Part shown: positions 36,593 to 46,920 of the stretch, in pieces
Position numbering within the stretch: position 1 is the stretch's first letter
Layout of the letters: each line of letters starts with the position of its first letter
Origin: Candidatus Parcubacteria bacterium
Lineage (GTDB): Bacteria > Patescibacteriota > Minisyncoccia > Phycocordibacterales > Zambryskibacteraceae
Reading direction: 5' to 3'
Length of the DNA: 64,000 nucleotides
NCBI GenBank assembly: GCA_019661865.1
Contig: JAIFWJ010000002.1
Span: 52,898 to 116,897, forward strand
Notes under the pieces: model-generated
Database searches by the model: none
What the model was told of the DNA's origin: nothing
The model's input: the letters and a program-made list of their open reading frames with translations, nothing else
Translations under genes and position numbers: made by a program

Positions 36593-39500
36593 ATGCCTGA
36601 AGATAAAGGGCTGCCTAAGTCAGCTAGAGCCGAAAGGGAAGAACAAATTCTCGCTTTCTGGAAAGAGAATCAAATATTCGAGAAATCACTTAAGAAACCC
36701 GGGATAAAGGGTGAATTCGTGTTTTATGAAGGCCCCCCTACCGCCAACGGTCGCCCAGGTATCCACCATATAGAGTCACGCTCCTTTAAGGACGCTATAC
36801 CGCGCTTTAAGACCATGCAGGGATTCCATGTGCCGAGGAAAGCAGGCTGGGACACCCACGGCCTCCCGGTGGAGCTTGAAGTAGAGAAGAAGCTAGGGTT
36901 AAAGAGCAAGAAAGAGATCGAGAAGTATGGAGTGGAGAAGTTTAACCAGATGTGCCGCGAGAGTGTGGGCACATATATAGATGAATGGGAGAAGTTCTCA
37001 GAGCGCATGGGTTATTGGGCCGACTTAGATAACGCCTACTTCACTTATAGAAATTCATATATCCAAGCTGTTTGGTCAATTATTTCTCATGTAAATGACA
37101 GGGGACTTTTATATAAGGACTACAAAGTACTTCCATGGTGCCCACGTTGTGGCACTGCCCTTTCCTCGCACGAGCTTGCACAGCCGGGTGCATATCAAGA
37201 TGTAAAGGACCTCTCCATATATGCGAAATTTAAAGTAGTAGGAGAGGATAACACTTTCATCTTGGCATGGACCACAACTCCATGGACTCTACCAGGAAAT
37301 CTCGCTCTCGCAGTTGGGGAAGATATTGATTATATAAAAGTAAAATCTGGTGAGGAAATTTATGTTCTGGGGGAGACCTTCGGGGATCTTGTAGAGAATG
37401 GAGAAGTGGTAGAGAGACTTAAAGGTAAGGATCTCGTAGGTCTTTCCTATGAACCGCTGTATCCATTTATGCGTGAGAGATTCCCGGACAATGACAAAAT
37501 GTTTAAAGTTTACTCGGCCAACTTCGTCACTACAGAGGATGGTACGGGTATAGTTCATACGGCTGTGATGTATGGCCAAGATGACTTCGTCTTGGGGACA
37601 GAGGTGGGACTTCCCAAGGAGCACCTTGTCTCACCAGAGGCCACATTCCTTAAACACACCGGTTGGCTTGAAGGTCGATCGGTAATAGATCCAGAACTAG
37701 CAGTAGATATACTTAAGGATCTTCAGAAAAGAAATCTAGTTTTCAAAAAAGAAAATCATCTTCACTCGTACCCCTTCTGCTGGAGATGTAAAACACGACT
37801 TATCTACTATGCACGTGACTCGTGGTACATAGCAATGTCGCGTCTGCGTGATGGACTGGTTAAAGAGAATGAGAAAATAAATTGGGAACCGGAATACATT
37901 AAGGAGGGCAGATTCGGCGAATGGCTCCGAGAGGTGAAGGACTGGGCAATTTCCCGTGAGAGGTATTGGGGTACACCACTGCCTGTATGGGAGGCACAGG
38001 ATAAGAGTGATCGCATCCTAGTAGATTCACTCGATACTCTTAAAAAATATATTAAAAGTTCTGGCAATAAATATTTTGTCATGCGCCATGGTGGTACGAA
38101 AGGAAACAAGTCTGAGATAGTGAGCTTTAAACATGAGGCCAAAGATCATTTAACTTCTGCGGGCCGAGATCAGGTGGCACTTACAGCACAGGCGCTGCGG
38201 GATAGAAATATTAATGTAATCGTCTGCTCGCCATTTACCCGCACTACTGAAACCGCAGAGATTGTGGCAGAAACCCTAGGTATTAAAACTCTGGTGAAAG
38301 ATAAGAGGTTCCAAGAAGTGGATCCTGGAGAGTTCGATGGTAAAAACTGGAATGAATATCATCAGTACGTATATGGTCTGGGGCCGGACTGGTTTAATCA
38401 TCGGATTCCAGGAGGTGAGTCTCTCTCTGAAGTCAATAAACGCGTGGCAGAGTCGCTTTATGAACTTGAAGAAAAGTATCAACAGAAAAACATTCTCATA
38501 ATCACCCACGGCGGACCAGCTTGGGTAGCGTTTGTAAACTCTGGTCTCCATGTACCAGAAGGGAAAGAATATCGAAACTATACTACTCAAGACACTCGTA
38601 TATTCGTAAATGACTTTAAGCGGTTTCAGAATGCTGAAGTTAGAGAGCTGCCATTTGTGCCGCTACCTCACGACAAAGAATTCCAACTGGATTTACACAA
38701 GCCTTTTATAGATGATGTGATACTAGTTAAAAATGGTAAGGAGTATAAGAGGGTAAAGGAGGTTATGGATGTCTGGCTCGACTCTGGAGCCGTGCCTTTC
38801 GCCCAGGAATCTGGTGAGAGAGAGGTTCCCACAGACTTCTCTCATATTGTCTACCCGGCGGACTTCATTTCGGAAGCTATAGATCAGACTCGCGGGTGGT
38901 TCTATACCTTACATGCCGTGGGTGTACTTATGGAAAAGGGCCAAGCCTTTAAAAACAACATTTGCTTGGGACATATCCTAGACAAGGAGGGCAAGAAGAT
39001 GAGTAAGTCGGTGGGCAATGTAGTAGATCCGTGGATCATGATGGATAAGTTCGGAGCAGACACTCTGCGTCTGTGGATGTATTCGGTAAATCAGCCCGGA
39101 GAGTCTAAGAACTTCGACGAGCGTTCCCTGGATGAAATACAGAAAAGGGTATTTAACCTCCTTGATAATGTTTATGCATTTTATGAAATCTATAGGGATA
39201 AGTCTCTTGAAGTGGAGTCTCAGGTAGAACTTAAGAACGTCCTCGACATATGGATTCTTATGAGAATGAATGAGTTAGTAAATATCATGACGCAGAGACT
39301 AGAGAGCTTCCAACTCCTCGAGCCGGTTAGGGCCCTCCGAGATTTCATTGATGATCTCTCCACATGGTATCTGCGCCGCTCACGGGAGAGGCTTAAGGAA
39401 GGAGATACTGATGCTAAGAGGACCTTGTACTATGTATTGAAAACAGTTTCTAAACTCTTCTCACCCTTCGCACCTTTCGCAGCAGAGGATCTTTACCAGA

Positions 39501-39967
39501 AGTTGAGAGCCGATGCGGATCCATTGAGCGTTCATTTAGAAGCTTGGCCAGAAGGTGGGGAAGTAGATAAGAGTGTGTTAGAGAAGATGAAGAAGACACG
39601 AGAGATCGTCTCGCGCGGACTCGAAGCACGTTCAAAGGCCAATATAAAAATCCGTCAGCCCCTCGCTTCGCTTACTATTAAACTTGACGGAGCTCATGAA
39701 GACTTAATCAAGGAAGAAGTAAATGTGAAGCGAGTAGTAGATACAGATACCGGAGAGGCAATACTTAATACCAATCTTTCACTAGAACTTATCGAAGAGG
39801 GTAAAGTACGAGAAATTATTAGAGCTATCCAAGAAATGAGAAAAGAAAAAGGTCTAAACCCTAAAGACAAGATTCGATATAAGCCAGATCCTGCGAGCAG
39901 AGAACTCTTTTATAAATATCAAGATGTGATTGCCGGTACTACCAATATAGAAATTGAGTGGGACTAG
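36593..39967 (+). CDS. ileS: isoleucine--tRNA ligase carrying an internal histidine-phosphatase (PGAM-like) domain
   Basis: HIGH (PGIHHIESR) and KMSKS (KKMSKSVGN) motifs are present. WAISRERYWGTPLPVW and MDVWLDSG are separated by about 250 aa that include FVMRHGGT...CSPFTRTTETA...IITHGGPAW. Confidence 0.85.
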   Translation: MPEDKGLPKSARAEREEQILAFWKENQIFEKSLKKPGIKGEFVFYEGPPTANGRPGIHHIESRSFKDAIPRFKTMQGFHVPRKAGWDTHGLPVELEVEKKLGLKSKKEIEKYGVEKFNQMCRESVGTYIDEWEKFSERMGYWADLDNAYFTYRNSYIQAVWSIISHVNDRGLLYKDYKVLPWCPRCGTALSSHELAQPGAYQDVKDLSIYAKFKVVGEDNTFILAWTTTPWTLPGNLALAVGEDIDYIKVKSGEEIYVLGETFGDLVENGEVVERLKGKDLVGLSYEPLYPFMRERFPDNDKMFKVYSANFVTTEDGTGIVHTAVMYGQDDFVLGTEVGLPKEHLVSPEATFLKHTGWLEGRSVIDPELAVDILKDLQKRNLVFKKENHLHSYPFCWRCKTRLIYYARDSWYIAMSRLRDGLVKENEKINWEPEYIKEGRFGEWLREVKDWAISRERYWGTPLPVWEAQDKSDRILVDSLDTLKKYIKSSGNKYFVMRHGGTKGNKSEIVSFKHEAKDHLTSAGRDQVALTAQALRDRNINVIVCSPFTRTTETAEIVAETLGIKTLVKDKRFQEVDPGEFDGKNWNEYHQYVYGLGPDWFNHRIPGGESLSEVNKRVAESLYELEEKYQQKNILIITHGGPAWVAFVNSGLHVPEGKEYRNYTTQDTRIFVNDFKRFQNAEVRELPFVPLPHDKEFQLDLHKPFIDDVILVKNGKEYKRVKEVMDVWLDSGAVPFAQESGEREVPTDFSHIVYPADFISEAIDQTRGWFYTLHAVGVLMEKGQAFKNNICLGHILDKEGKKMSKSVGNVVDPWIMMDKFGADTLRLWMYSVNQPGESKNFDERSLDEIQKRVFNLLDNVYAFYEIYRDKSLEVESQVELKNVLDIWILMRMNELVNIMTQRLESFQLLEPVRALRDFIDDLSTWYLRRSRERLKEGDTDAKRTLYYVLKTVSKLFSPFAPFAAEDLYQKLRADADPLSVHLEAWPEGGEVDKSVLEKMKKTREIVSRGLEARSKANIKIRQPLASLTIKLDGAHEDLIKEEVNVKRVVDTDTGEAILNTNLSLELIEEGKVREIIRAIQEMRKEKGLNPKDKIRYKPDPASRELFYKYQDVIAGTTNIEIEWD

Positions 39968-39974
39968 CTCCGTA

Positions 39975-40547
39975 ATGTCTCATCATATTTACAATACTAA
40001 AGGAGTAATTCTTAACTCTCGTACTCAAAGGGAAGCGGATAGAGTCTACTCAATCCTGACGGAAGATCTGGGGCTTGTACGAGCTACAGCTCAAGGTGTG
40101 CGCAAGGGCAGCTCTAAATTGGGAGGAATCCTGATGAAGTTTTCCCTTATAAACCTTTCTCTAGTAAAGGGCAGGAATATCTGGCGCATTACTACTGCTA
40201 CTGGAGATGAGAGAGTTAAGTGGTCAAGAATGAAGCTTGTATCACTGGCTAGAGTGCTATCTCTACTCGAGAAACTAATCCACGGAGAAGAAAAGTCTAA
40301 GAAACTATTTCAGACCCTAGTCGAGTCAATAGAATTTCTTAAATCTGTTGAGGATAATGAAAGTGAATTATGGGAGGTACTGGTTGTATCCAGGTTATTA
40401 AACTCTCTCGGGTACATGTCTCCCACCGAAACGCTGAAGGGCTATCTTACAGATGAGTGGAGTCAAGAGCTCATAAGAGAAACTCTGAAAAACAAGAAAA
40501 ATTTAGTGCAGCTAATAAATAAAGGTCTGAAAGAGAGTGGTTTCTGA
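39975..40547 (+). CDS. recO: DNA repair protein RecO
   Basis: N-terminal OB domain (TKGVILNSRTQREADRVYSILTEDLG) and a helical C-terminal domain. Confidence 0.7.
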   Translation: MSHHIYNTKGVILNSRTQREADRVYSILTEDLGLVRATAQGVRKGSSKLGGILMKFSLINLSLVKGRNIWRITTATGDERVKWSRMKLVSLARVLSLLEKLIHGEEKSKKLFQTLVESIEFLKSVEDNESELWEVLVVSRLLNSLGYMSPTETLKGYLTDEWSQELIRETLKNKKNLVQLINKGLKESGF

Positions 40548-40564
40548 AGTGTTATAATACCTAT

Positions 40565-42487
40565 ATGCAAGAAGATAAAGGAAGAATTGATGATTTAAAT
40601 GAGTCACTAAACTCGCGCACGAGCTACCGTGCTCCAGGGGAGTATCGAGTTCCCATAAGCCCCTCCGAAGCTCCGGCTGTCCAAGATAACTGGCAAGGCT
40701 CTCCAAATATAGATGAAATGCTCACCTCGGACCGCAGAGTAAACCGGAATCATCCTCTGATGAGACGTGTATTTATCTTGGCTTTGGCCTTCTTCATTTG
40801 TGCACTTTTCGCTGCTGCATATATTTTCCTGGGAGGGAAGAACTTTATATCAACTAAAAACGTAGAGGTGAGCATCCGCGGACCAGTCTCGGTAAATGCG
40901 GGAGATATATTAAGTTTCGAAGTCTCAGTACTAAATAAAAATAATGCAGACTTAGATACTTCCTCTCTTACCATTCAGTATCCAGATGGAACCAGGAATC
41001 CAGATAATCCTTCTAAGAACCAGGGCTTCACCAAGGAAGATCTTGGTGAGCTTGGTTCAGGCAAGGAAGTGACAAAGACGGAGAATGCCATTCTTTTCGG
41101 TACTAAGGGAGAAGTGAAGGAGATAAAGGCATCTGTCGACTACAAGATTAAGGGATCTAACGCCACCTTTTCGGTGGATAAAACTTTCGAGGTCACTATA
41201 GGAGCAGTGCCGGTAACTATGACAGTAACTGGAGATACTAATGTCACTTCTGGAGATACTTACACCACTACTGTGACTCTTATTTCTAACTCGCCACAAC
41301 TTCTTAAGAATGTTGTGGTAAAGGGCGAGTATCCGTATGGGTTTACTCTCTTAGACTCTAGTCCATCTTCACCCTCTGGCTCTGATAATGTCTGGGTAAT
41401 AGGTGACATGGTTCCGGGTGCAAGACGGGTGATTACTCTACATGGTAAGTTGTTGGGAGAAGATAGTGAGGAAAGAACATTTAGATTTTACGCCGGAGTT
41501 TCTGCGGCCCAAGATCCAGAGAAACTAGATACGGCGCTTGCTTCAGTATTTCAGACTATCGCACTTAGTCGCCCAGAGGTACAGATTAAGCTTGCTTTAA
41601 ATGGAGAAAGTTCCCAAACATACATCGCTCCTCCTGGTAGACTAGTCGAAGGGACGCTTACACTTACGAACAATTCTCCAACTGCAGTTATAAAAAATCA
41701 CATCGAGGCCAAACTAGTTGGAAATTTCTTGGATCGATCCAGTGTGAAGACCAGCGGAAGCGGTTTCTACAACTCTCAGACGAACACTATAGTCTGGGAT
41801 GCCCAAGACACTCATGACCTCACCAAGATCGCACCAGGAGACAGTGCGCTTTTTTCGTTTAGCTTCCTTTCTTTATTAAATAATACGCCGAATGCTGGTA
41901 CGCCTGAGATTAACCTTTCAGTTTCTGCTTCGGGAGTCACCCAAGGATCTCAGACCGGAAATTACACCACTAATACAACTCGGAAGGTTAAGCTTGCTTC
42001 TGTAGTAAGTCTCGGTGCACGAACTCTACACTCCAAGGGCCCGTTCGAAAATACCGGGCCTCTACCTCCACGCGCAGAACAAGAGACTACATATGCGGCC
42101 GTCTTCGACCTAGGTAACACTCAGAGTGATATAAAGGATGCCAAGCTTACAGCAACCCTTGGTCCTGGAGTGGTCTGGGTTATGCCATACTCTAAAAGTA
42201 GTGAGAGCACCTCGTACGATGCCACTACGCGTAGGTTCACTTGGGATGTGGGCACCTTGCCCTCTGGTACTGGGTTCGGCACTCCGGTGAGAGAAGTGGC
42301 TATACAAGTGCGTCTTACTCCGTCCCTAAGTCAGGTCTCATCAGTGCCTGTGCTCGTAACAGATATCAGATTTACCGGAACAGATACATTTACCAACCAA
42401 GAGATCACTATGACTGCGCCTTCACTTACTACAAGTATGCCGAGTGACCCAGCCTTCATACAGGGTGATGAGGTGGTTGTTAAATAG
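40565..42487 (+). CDS. hypothetical membrane-anchored surface protein (large Thr/Ser/Val-rich ectodomain)
   Basis: 640 aa with an N-terminal cytoplasmic segment, one transmembrane helix (VFILALAFFICALFAAAYIFLGG), then beta-rich repeats. Confidence 0.45.
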   Translation: MQEDKGRIDDLNESLNSRTSYRAPGEYRVPISPSEAPAVQDNWQGSPNIDEMLTSDRRVNRNHPLMRRVFILALAFFICALFAAAYIFLGGKNFISTKNVEVSIRGPVSVNAGDILSFEVSVLNKNNADLDTSSLTIQYPDGTRNPDNPSKNQGFTKEDLGELGSGKEVTKTENAILFGTKGEVKEIKASVDYKIKGSNATFSVDKTFEVTIGAVPVTMTVTGDTNVTSGDTYTTTVTLISNSPQLLKNVVVKGEYPYGFTLLDSSPSSPSGSDNVWVIGDMVPGARRVITLHGKLLGEDSEERTFRFYAGVSAAQDPEKLDTALASVFQTIALSRPEVQIKLALNGESSQTYIAPPGRLVEGTLTLTNNSPTAVIKNHIEAKLVGNFLDRSSVKTSGSGFYNSQTNTIVWDAQDTHDLTKIAPGDSALFSFSFLSLLNNTPNAGTPEINLSVSASGVTQGSQTGNYTTNTTRKVKLASVVSLGARTLHSKGPFENTGPLPPRAEQETTYAAVFDLGNTQSDIKDAKLTATLGPGVVWVMPYSKSSESTSYDATTRRFTWDVGTLPSGTGFGTPVREVAIQVRLTPSLSQVSSVPVLVTDIRFTGTDTFTNQEITMTAPSLTTSMPSDPAFIQGDEVVVK

Positions 42488-42510
42488 ACTGAATACGATA
42501 GGATAACGAC

Positions 42511-43731
42511 ATGGCTGAAAGTGACTTAATGGAGAAAATAATCTCACTCGCGAAGAGAAGAGGATTTATATATCAAGGCTCTGAAATCTATGGTGGTCTG
42601 GCTGGTACTTGGGACTATGGTCCTTTAGGAGTAGAGCTCAGAAACAATGTGAAGGATATCTGGTGGAAGATGTTTGTGAAATCACGCGAGGATATGTACG
42701 GAGTAGGAACTTCCATCATTATGAACAAACAAGTCTGGGAAGCATCTGGACATGTAGCAGGGTTCGCAGATCCTACGGAGACTGGTGAGAAGTTTAATGT
42801 GATGTTTAAGACAACTGTCGGAGCAGGGGAGGAAGCGACTATTTCATATCTAAGACCTGAAACTGCACAGGGAATATTTGTAAATTTTAAGAATATTCTT
42901 GACTCATTTCACCCTAAGCTTCCATTCGGTATTGCGCAGATAGGCAAAGCATTTAGAAATGAGATCTCTCCACGCGACTTTATCTTTCGTTCACGTGAGT
43001 TCGAGCAGATGGAAGTGGAATACTTCGTCCGAGAAGCAGAATGGGAGAAGTATTTTGAGGCCTGGAGAGATACAATGCACGAATTCAGTAAGCTCGTCGG
43101 TATAAAAAACATACACGAACTAAATGTGGGGGATGAAGATCGGGCACATTACTCGAAGAAGACCATAGACTTCGAATTCGAATATCCGTTCGGTAGGAAA
43201 GAACTTTGGGGTCTGGCATATCGTACTGACTTCGACCTCCGGAATCACTCTGGAGCATCTGGTGTATCACTTGAATACTTTGACGAAGAATCTGGAGAAA
43301 GATTTACTCCTCATGTCATTGAGCCCTCTCTTGGAGTAGACAGAACCATTCTTGCCATTCTTGCATCTACATATACGGAAGATGAGCTTGGGGGAGAGAC
43401 TCGCAGCTATTTGAAATTGCCGAAGGAAGTTGCACCCGTACGTGCGGCAATCTTCCCACTACTTAAGAATAAGCCCGAGCTCGTCATTAAGGCCAGAGAA
43501 GTTTATGAAAGTCTGAAAGATGAAAATTATAATATTGTATTTGACGACAATGGTAATATCGGCAAGCGTTACAGAAGGCAAGATGAGATAGGTACACCCT
43601 TCTGTATCACGGTCGACTTCGACACTTTAGGAGAGAATCCAGAGCATAAAGATACCGTAACCCTCCGTGACCGTGATACAGGAGAGCAGAAGAGAGTAAG
43701 GATAGGGGACCTAAAAGAGGCAATAAAATAA
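42511..43731 (+). CDS. glyQS: glycine--tRNA ligase (dimeric class II)
   Basis: Motif 2 FRNEISPRDFIFRSREF and motif 3 GVDRTILAILA, followed by a C-terminal anticodon-binding domain. Confidence 0.85.
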   Translation: MAESDLMEKIISLAKRRGFIYQGSEIYGGLAGTWDYGPLGVELRNNVKDIWWKMFVKSREDMYGVGTSIIMNKQVWEASGHVAGFADPTETGEKFNVMFKTTVGAGEEATISYLRPETAQGIFVNFKNILDSFHPKLPFGIAQIGKAFRNEISPRDFIFRSREFEQMEVEYFVREAEWEKYFEAWRDTMHEFSKLVGIKNIHELNVGDEDRAHYSKKTIDFEFEYPFGRKELWGLAYRTDFDLRNHSGASGVSLEYFDEESGERFTPHVIEPSLGVDRTILAILASTYTEDELGGETRSYLKLPKEVAPVRAAIFPLLKNKPELVIKAREVYESLKDENYNIVFDDNGNIGKRYRRQDEIGTPFCITVDFDTLGENPEHKDTVTLRDRDTGEQKRVRIGDLKEAIK

Positions 43732-43850
43732 GGATTTTCTATTTTTGACAAAAGACCAGTTTTGTTTTATACTGCCCGCAGGTAGTTCCTTAAGCATCCG
43801 CCTCGGATAAGAGGAAATTCCAAGGGCAACCGAGCCCTAAGGAGAGTCCA

Positions 43851-44456
43851 ATGGACTTCGCATCGCAGAACCTAACAGCCGGCCAACTGAACGCCATCGT
43901 GAAGAAACTCGGTGGTGAAGACGGAGCAATGCGGTTCCTCCGTGGTGAAATCGTGGTGGCGGTTCCAACCCCTCCCGCGTTCTCCATCTGGAAGACCGTC
44001 AAGCTCGGCACAGGCAAGAAGAACGCCGACGATTACCGCTCTGCGATCTCGCAGGCGAGGATGAAAATCGGTAACTGGGGCAACGACATCCTCGGCAAGC
44101 CCGCCTTCACGGTGAGCGAGACGGAGGTGGACCTCGACCTCGTGGTCGTGAGGGTGTTGGACCTCGGCTTCAAGGACGGGGCCTACAGTCAGGTCATCAT
44201 CACCAAGGCGTTGGATCTGGGTCTCCAGCTCTGCCCCGCCGAGGTCGGACCGGCACTACGTTTAGAGTATCGCGACCAGCCGAAGGGCGAGTGGCTCGTC
44301 ATCGGGATGGAACCCATCACCGGTTCGGACGGCCATCCCTACGTCTTCCACGTTGCTCACGACCACGACGAGCGTTGGCTCCACGGCTCCCACGGCTACC
44401 CTGTCAACTTCTGGCATGCCGACTACCGTTTCGTCTTCGTTCGTCCGAAGGAGTAA
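43851..44456 (+). CDS. hypothetical protein encoded in a ~60% GC islet
   Basis: 201 aa. An SD (aaggag) sits 6 nt upstream and its own terminator downstream. The composition differs sharply from the flanking genes. Confidence 0.5.
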   Translation: MDFASQNLTAGQLNAIVKKLGGEDGAMRFLRGEIVVAVPTPPAFSIWKTVKLGTGKKNADDYRSAISQARMKIGNWGNDILGKPAFTVSETEVDLDLVVVRVLDLGFKDGAYSQVIITKALDLGLQLCPAEVGPALRLEYRDQPKGEWLVIGMEPITGSDGHPYVFHVAHDHDERWLHGSHGYPVNFWHADYRFVFVRPKE

Positions 44457-44476
44457 CACCTTAAACTCTATAACTG

Positions 44477-44506
44477 GCCCTGCAAAGTATCGCGGGGCTT
44501 TTTTGT
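44477..44506 (+). terminator. rho-independent terminator
   Basis: gccctgc-aaagtatc-gcggggc followed by tttttt. Confidence 0.5.
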
Positions 44507-44542
44507 TGAAAGAAGACGAGAGATCGAGTACTCTAATGATCT

Positions 44543-45811
44543 ATGAAGTACAAAAGAACGAAGTTAAGTAATGGTGTGCGGATTATAACGGTGCCCAATA
44601 AAGGTAATCCTTCAGTTACTGTCATGGTGGCGACAGAGACTGGCTCTAACCATGAGAGTAAGGAAGAAAACGGATTGTCGCATTTTCTTGAGCATATGTT
44701 ATTTAAAGGCACACCAACTCGCCCGAGTTCCATGGCAGTTTCTTTGGAGTTAGACAGTATCGGTGCTGAATCCAATGCATTTACATCTAACGAGATTACT
44801 GCGTACCATGCCAAGAGTGATAAAAGGCATTGGAAGAAACTTCTCGAAGTTGTTTCAGATATGTATCTAAACGCATCTCTTCCAGCCGCAGAGCTCGAGA
44901 AAGAAAGAGGAGTGATCCTCCAAGAGATCTCCATGTATGAAGATTTACCAGAAAGAAAGGTTTGGGATGTATTAGGAACACTTTTATACGGAGATACTCC
45001 GGCCGGTCGTACCACTCTAGGTCTAAGTGAAAATATAAAAAACTTCTCCCAAGCAAAGTTCAGAGAGTATAAAGACAAACACTATGTAGCAGGTAAGACG
45101 ATCGTGATTGTCTCTGGAGATGTTAAGCCTAGTGAGGTAGAGGTTATGGTTAAGAAAATCTTTAAAGATATTCCTAAAGGAAAAGTTATAAAGCAGGAGA
45201 AGGTGGAGGACAATCAGAAAGAACCTGCACTTAAACTTGAGACCAAGACTTCTGATCAGACCCACATGGTCATGGCCTTCCGTGCACATAGTGCTCGCGA
45301 TAAACGTAACATCACGGTGTCACTCCTCATGAATATTCTTGGGGGAGGAATGTCTTCAAGGTTATTTCAAAAACTTAGAAACGAACTTGGTGCATGTTAC
45401 TACGTAAGGACATATAACGACTCCTATACTGATCATGGATTCGTGGCTATAGCCACAGGTATAGATAAAAACCGTGCACCTGAGATCGTAGAAGCTTTAA
45501 TAGAAGAAGCCAAGAAGCTTAAGACTGAGCTTGTCACTAAAGAAGAACTACAAAAGAATAAGGATTATATGATTAGTCACGCCGTCATGGCTCTCGAAAC
45601 GTCGGATAATGTAGCTGGATTCGTGGCCGAAGGAGAAGTAGTAAGAGGCAAAGTTATGACTATTGAAGAAATTGAAAAGAAGATTCTATCTATAACTTCC
45701 AAGGAAGTACAGAAAATAGCTAATGAAATTTTCAAAGATGAGAATATAAACCTGGCAATTGTTGGAAACATCTCTGACGCAGAGCCCATCAAGAAAGTTC
45801 TACACTTCTAA
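44543..45811 (+). CDS. M16-family zinc peptidase (insulinase-like)
   Basis: HFLEHMLFKGT is the inverted zincin HxxEH motif. A downstream Glu (ERGVILQE) provides the third zinc ligand. Confidence 0.8.
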   Translation: MKYKRTKLSNGVRIITVPNKGNPSVTVMVATETGSNHESKEENGLSHFLEHMLFKGTPTRPSSMAVSLELDSIGAESNAFTSNEITAYHAKSDKRHWKKLLEVVSDMYLNASLPAAELEKERGVILQEISMYEDLPERKVWDVLGTLLYGDTPAGRTTLGLSENIKNFSQAKFREYKDKHYVAGKTIVIVSGDVKPSEVEVMVKKIFKDIPKGKVIKQEKVEDNQKEPALKLETKTSDQTHMVMAFRAHSARDKRNITVSLLMNILGGGMSSRLFQKLRNELGACYYVRTYNDSYTDHGFVAIATGIDKNRAPEIVEALIEEAKKLKTELVTKEELQKNKDYMISHAVMALETSDNVAGFVAEGEVVRGKVMTIEEIEKKILSITSKEVQKIANEIFKDENINLAIVGNISDAEPIKKVLHF

Positions 45812-45853
45812 TACGTTCTAGCATGAGTCTAAGAGCGGTGCTAATATGAGCGT

Positions 45854-46906
45854 ATGGAAAGTCTAGACCGTCGTAAAGAGCCCGAGAAGAAGCGAATGGT
45901 CATAACCACCGGTAGTTGGGTTAGAGCGGTGGTGGTTATTGCGTGCGCCGTTGCCCTTTTTCTCATTAGAGATGTACTCCTTATCATTTTGACCTCCATT
46001 GTCATAGCTTCGGCTGTAGAACCTGCAGCGCTCTGGGCTAGACGGAGAGGTATCCCAAGACTACTCTCCATTCTTACCGTTTATGCAGTCATGGCGGTAC
46101 TCTTCGTGGGACTCTTTTATTTCCTGGTTATCCCACTTCTCCAAGAGCTCTCTGACTTTATAAACCAGTTTCCGGATTATGCTGCCTCTCTTACCCAGAG
46201 CTCCATAGTAAGTTCATTCTCAGTTTCGGATATATTGAACCAACTTAACTCTGTCATCCTCTCGTTCTCCAAGGGGGCATTCTCATCTGCGTCGTTCGTC
46301 TTCGGTGGAGTATTGAGTTTCCTTCTTATTGTCATCCTCTCGTTTTACTTAGCAGTACAAGAAGACGGAGTAGGAAAGTTCTTGAAGGTTGTTACTCCGT
46401 GGAGACAAGAGGCATACATCATTAATCTCTGGGCACGCTCCAAGCACAAGATTGGTCTCTGGATGCAAGGACAACTTCTCCTCGCAGTTATCATTATGGT
46501 GTTGGTCTATCTGGGACTTCTTCTGGTCGGTCTTCCGCATGCACTCATACTCTCTGTGGCTGCAGGAATATTTGAAATCATTCCACTCTTTGGTCCCATA
46601 CTTGCAGCCATACCGGCGGTCTTAGTAGGCTTCCAAACGGGTGGTATGACCGCGGCCCTTCTCATTGCTGGGCTCTTCCTTATTATTCAGCAGTTTGAGA
46701 ACCAGCTCATATACCCACTAGTGGTGAAGAAAGTGGTGGGGGTACCACCTATGGTCTCGATCCTGGCACTACTTATAGGAGGTAAGCTTGCAGGGTTCTT
46801 GGGTATCGTTATCTCAGTGCCCATGGCCACCATACTTATGGAACTTCTCACAGATATAGAGGAGCGCAAGATTGCACGCCTCTCAGCGGTCAAAGAAAGT
46901 AATTAG
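45854..46906 (+). CDS. AI-2E family transporter (PerM/UPF0118)
   Basis: 350 aa polytopic membrane protein with a typical AI-2E profile. Confidence 0.7.
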   Translation: MESLDRRKEPEKKRMVITTGSWVRAVVVIACAVALFLIRDVLLIILTSIVIASAVEPAALWARRRGIPRLLSILTVYAVMAVLFVGLFYFLVIPLLQELSDFINQFPDYAASLTQSSIVSSFSVSDILNQLNSVILSFSKGAFSSASFVFGGVLSFLLIVILSFYLAVQEDGVGKFLKVVTPWRQEAYIINLWARSKHKIGLWMQGQLLLAVIIMVLVYLGLLLVGLPHALILSVAAGIFEIIPLFGPILAAIPAVLVGFQTGGMTAALLIAGLFLIIQQFENQLIYPLVVKKVVGVPPMVSILALLIGGKLAGFLGIVISVPMATILMELLTDIEERKIARLSAVKESN

Positions 46907-46920
46907 TAAATAATTAAATA

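Noticed and set aside
36724-38590. Four minus-strand ORFs (94-111 aa) antisense to ileS
   Set aside because: They lie entirely inside a strongly supported aaRS gene and have no motifs or ribosome-binding sites.
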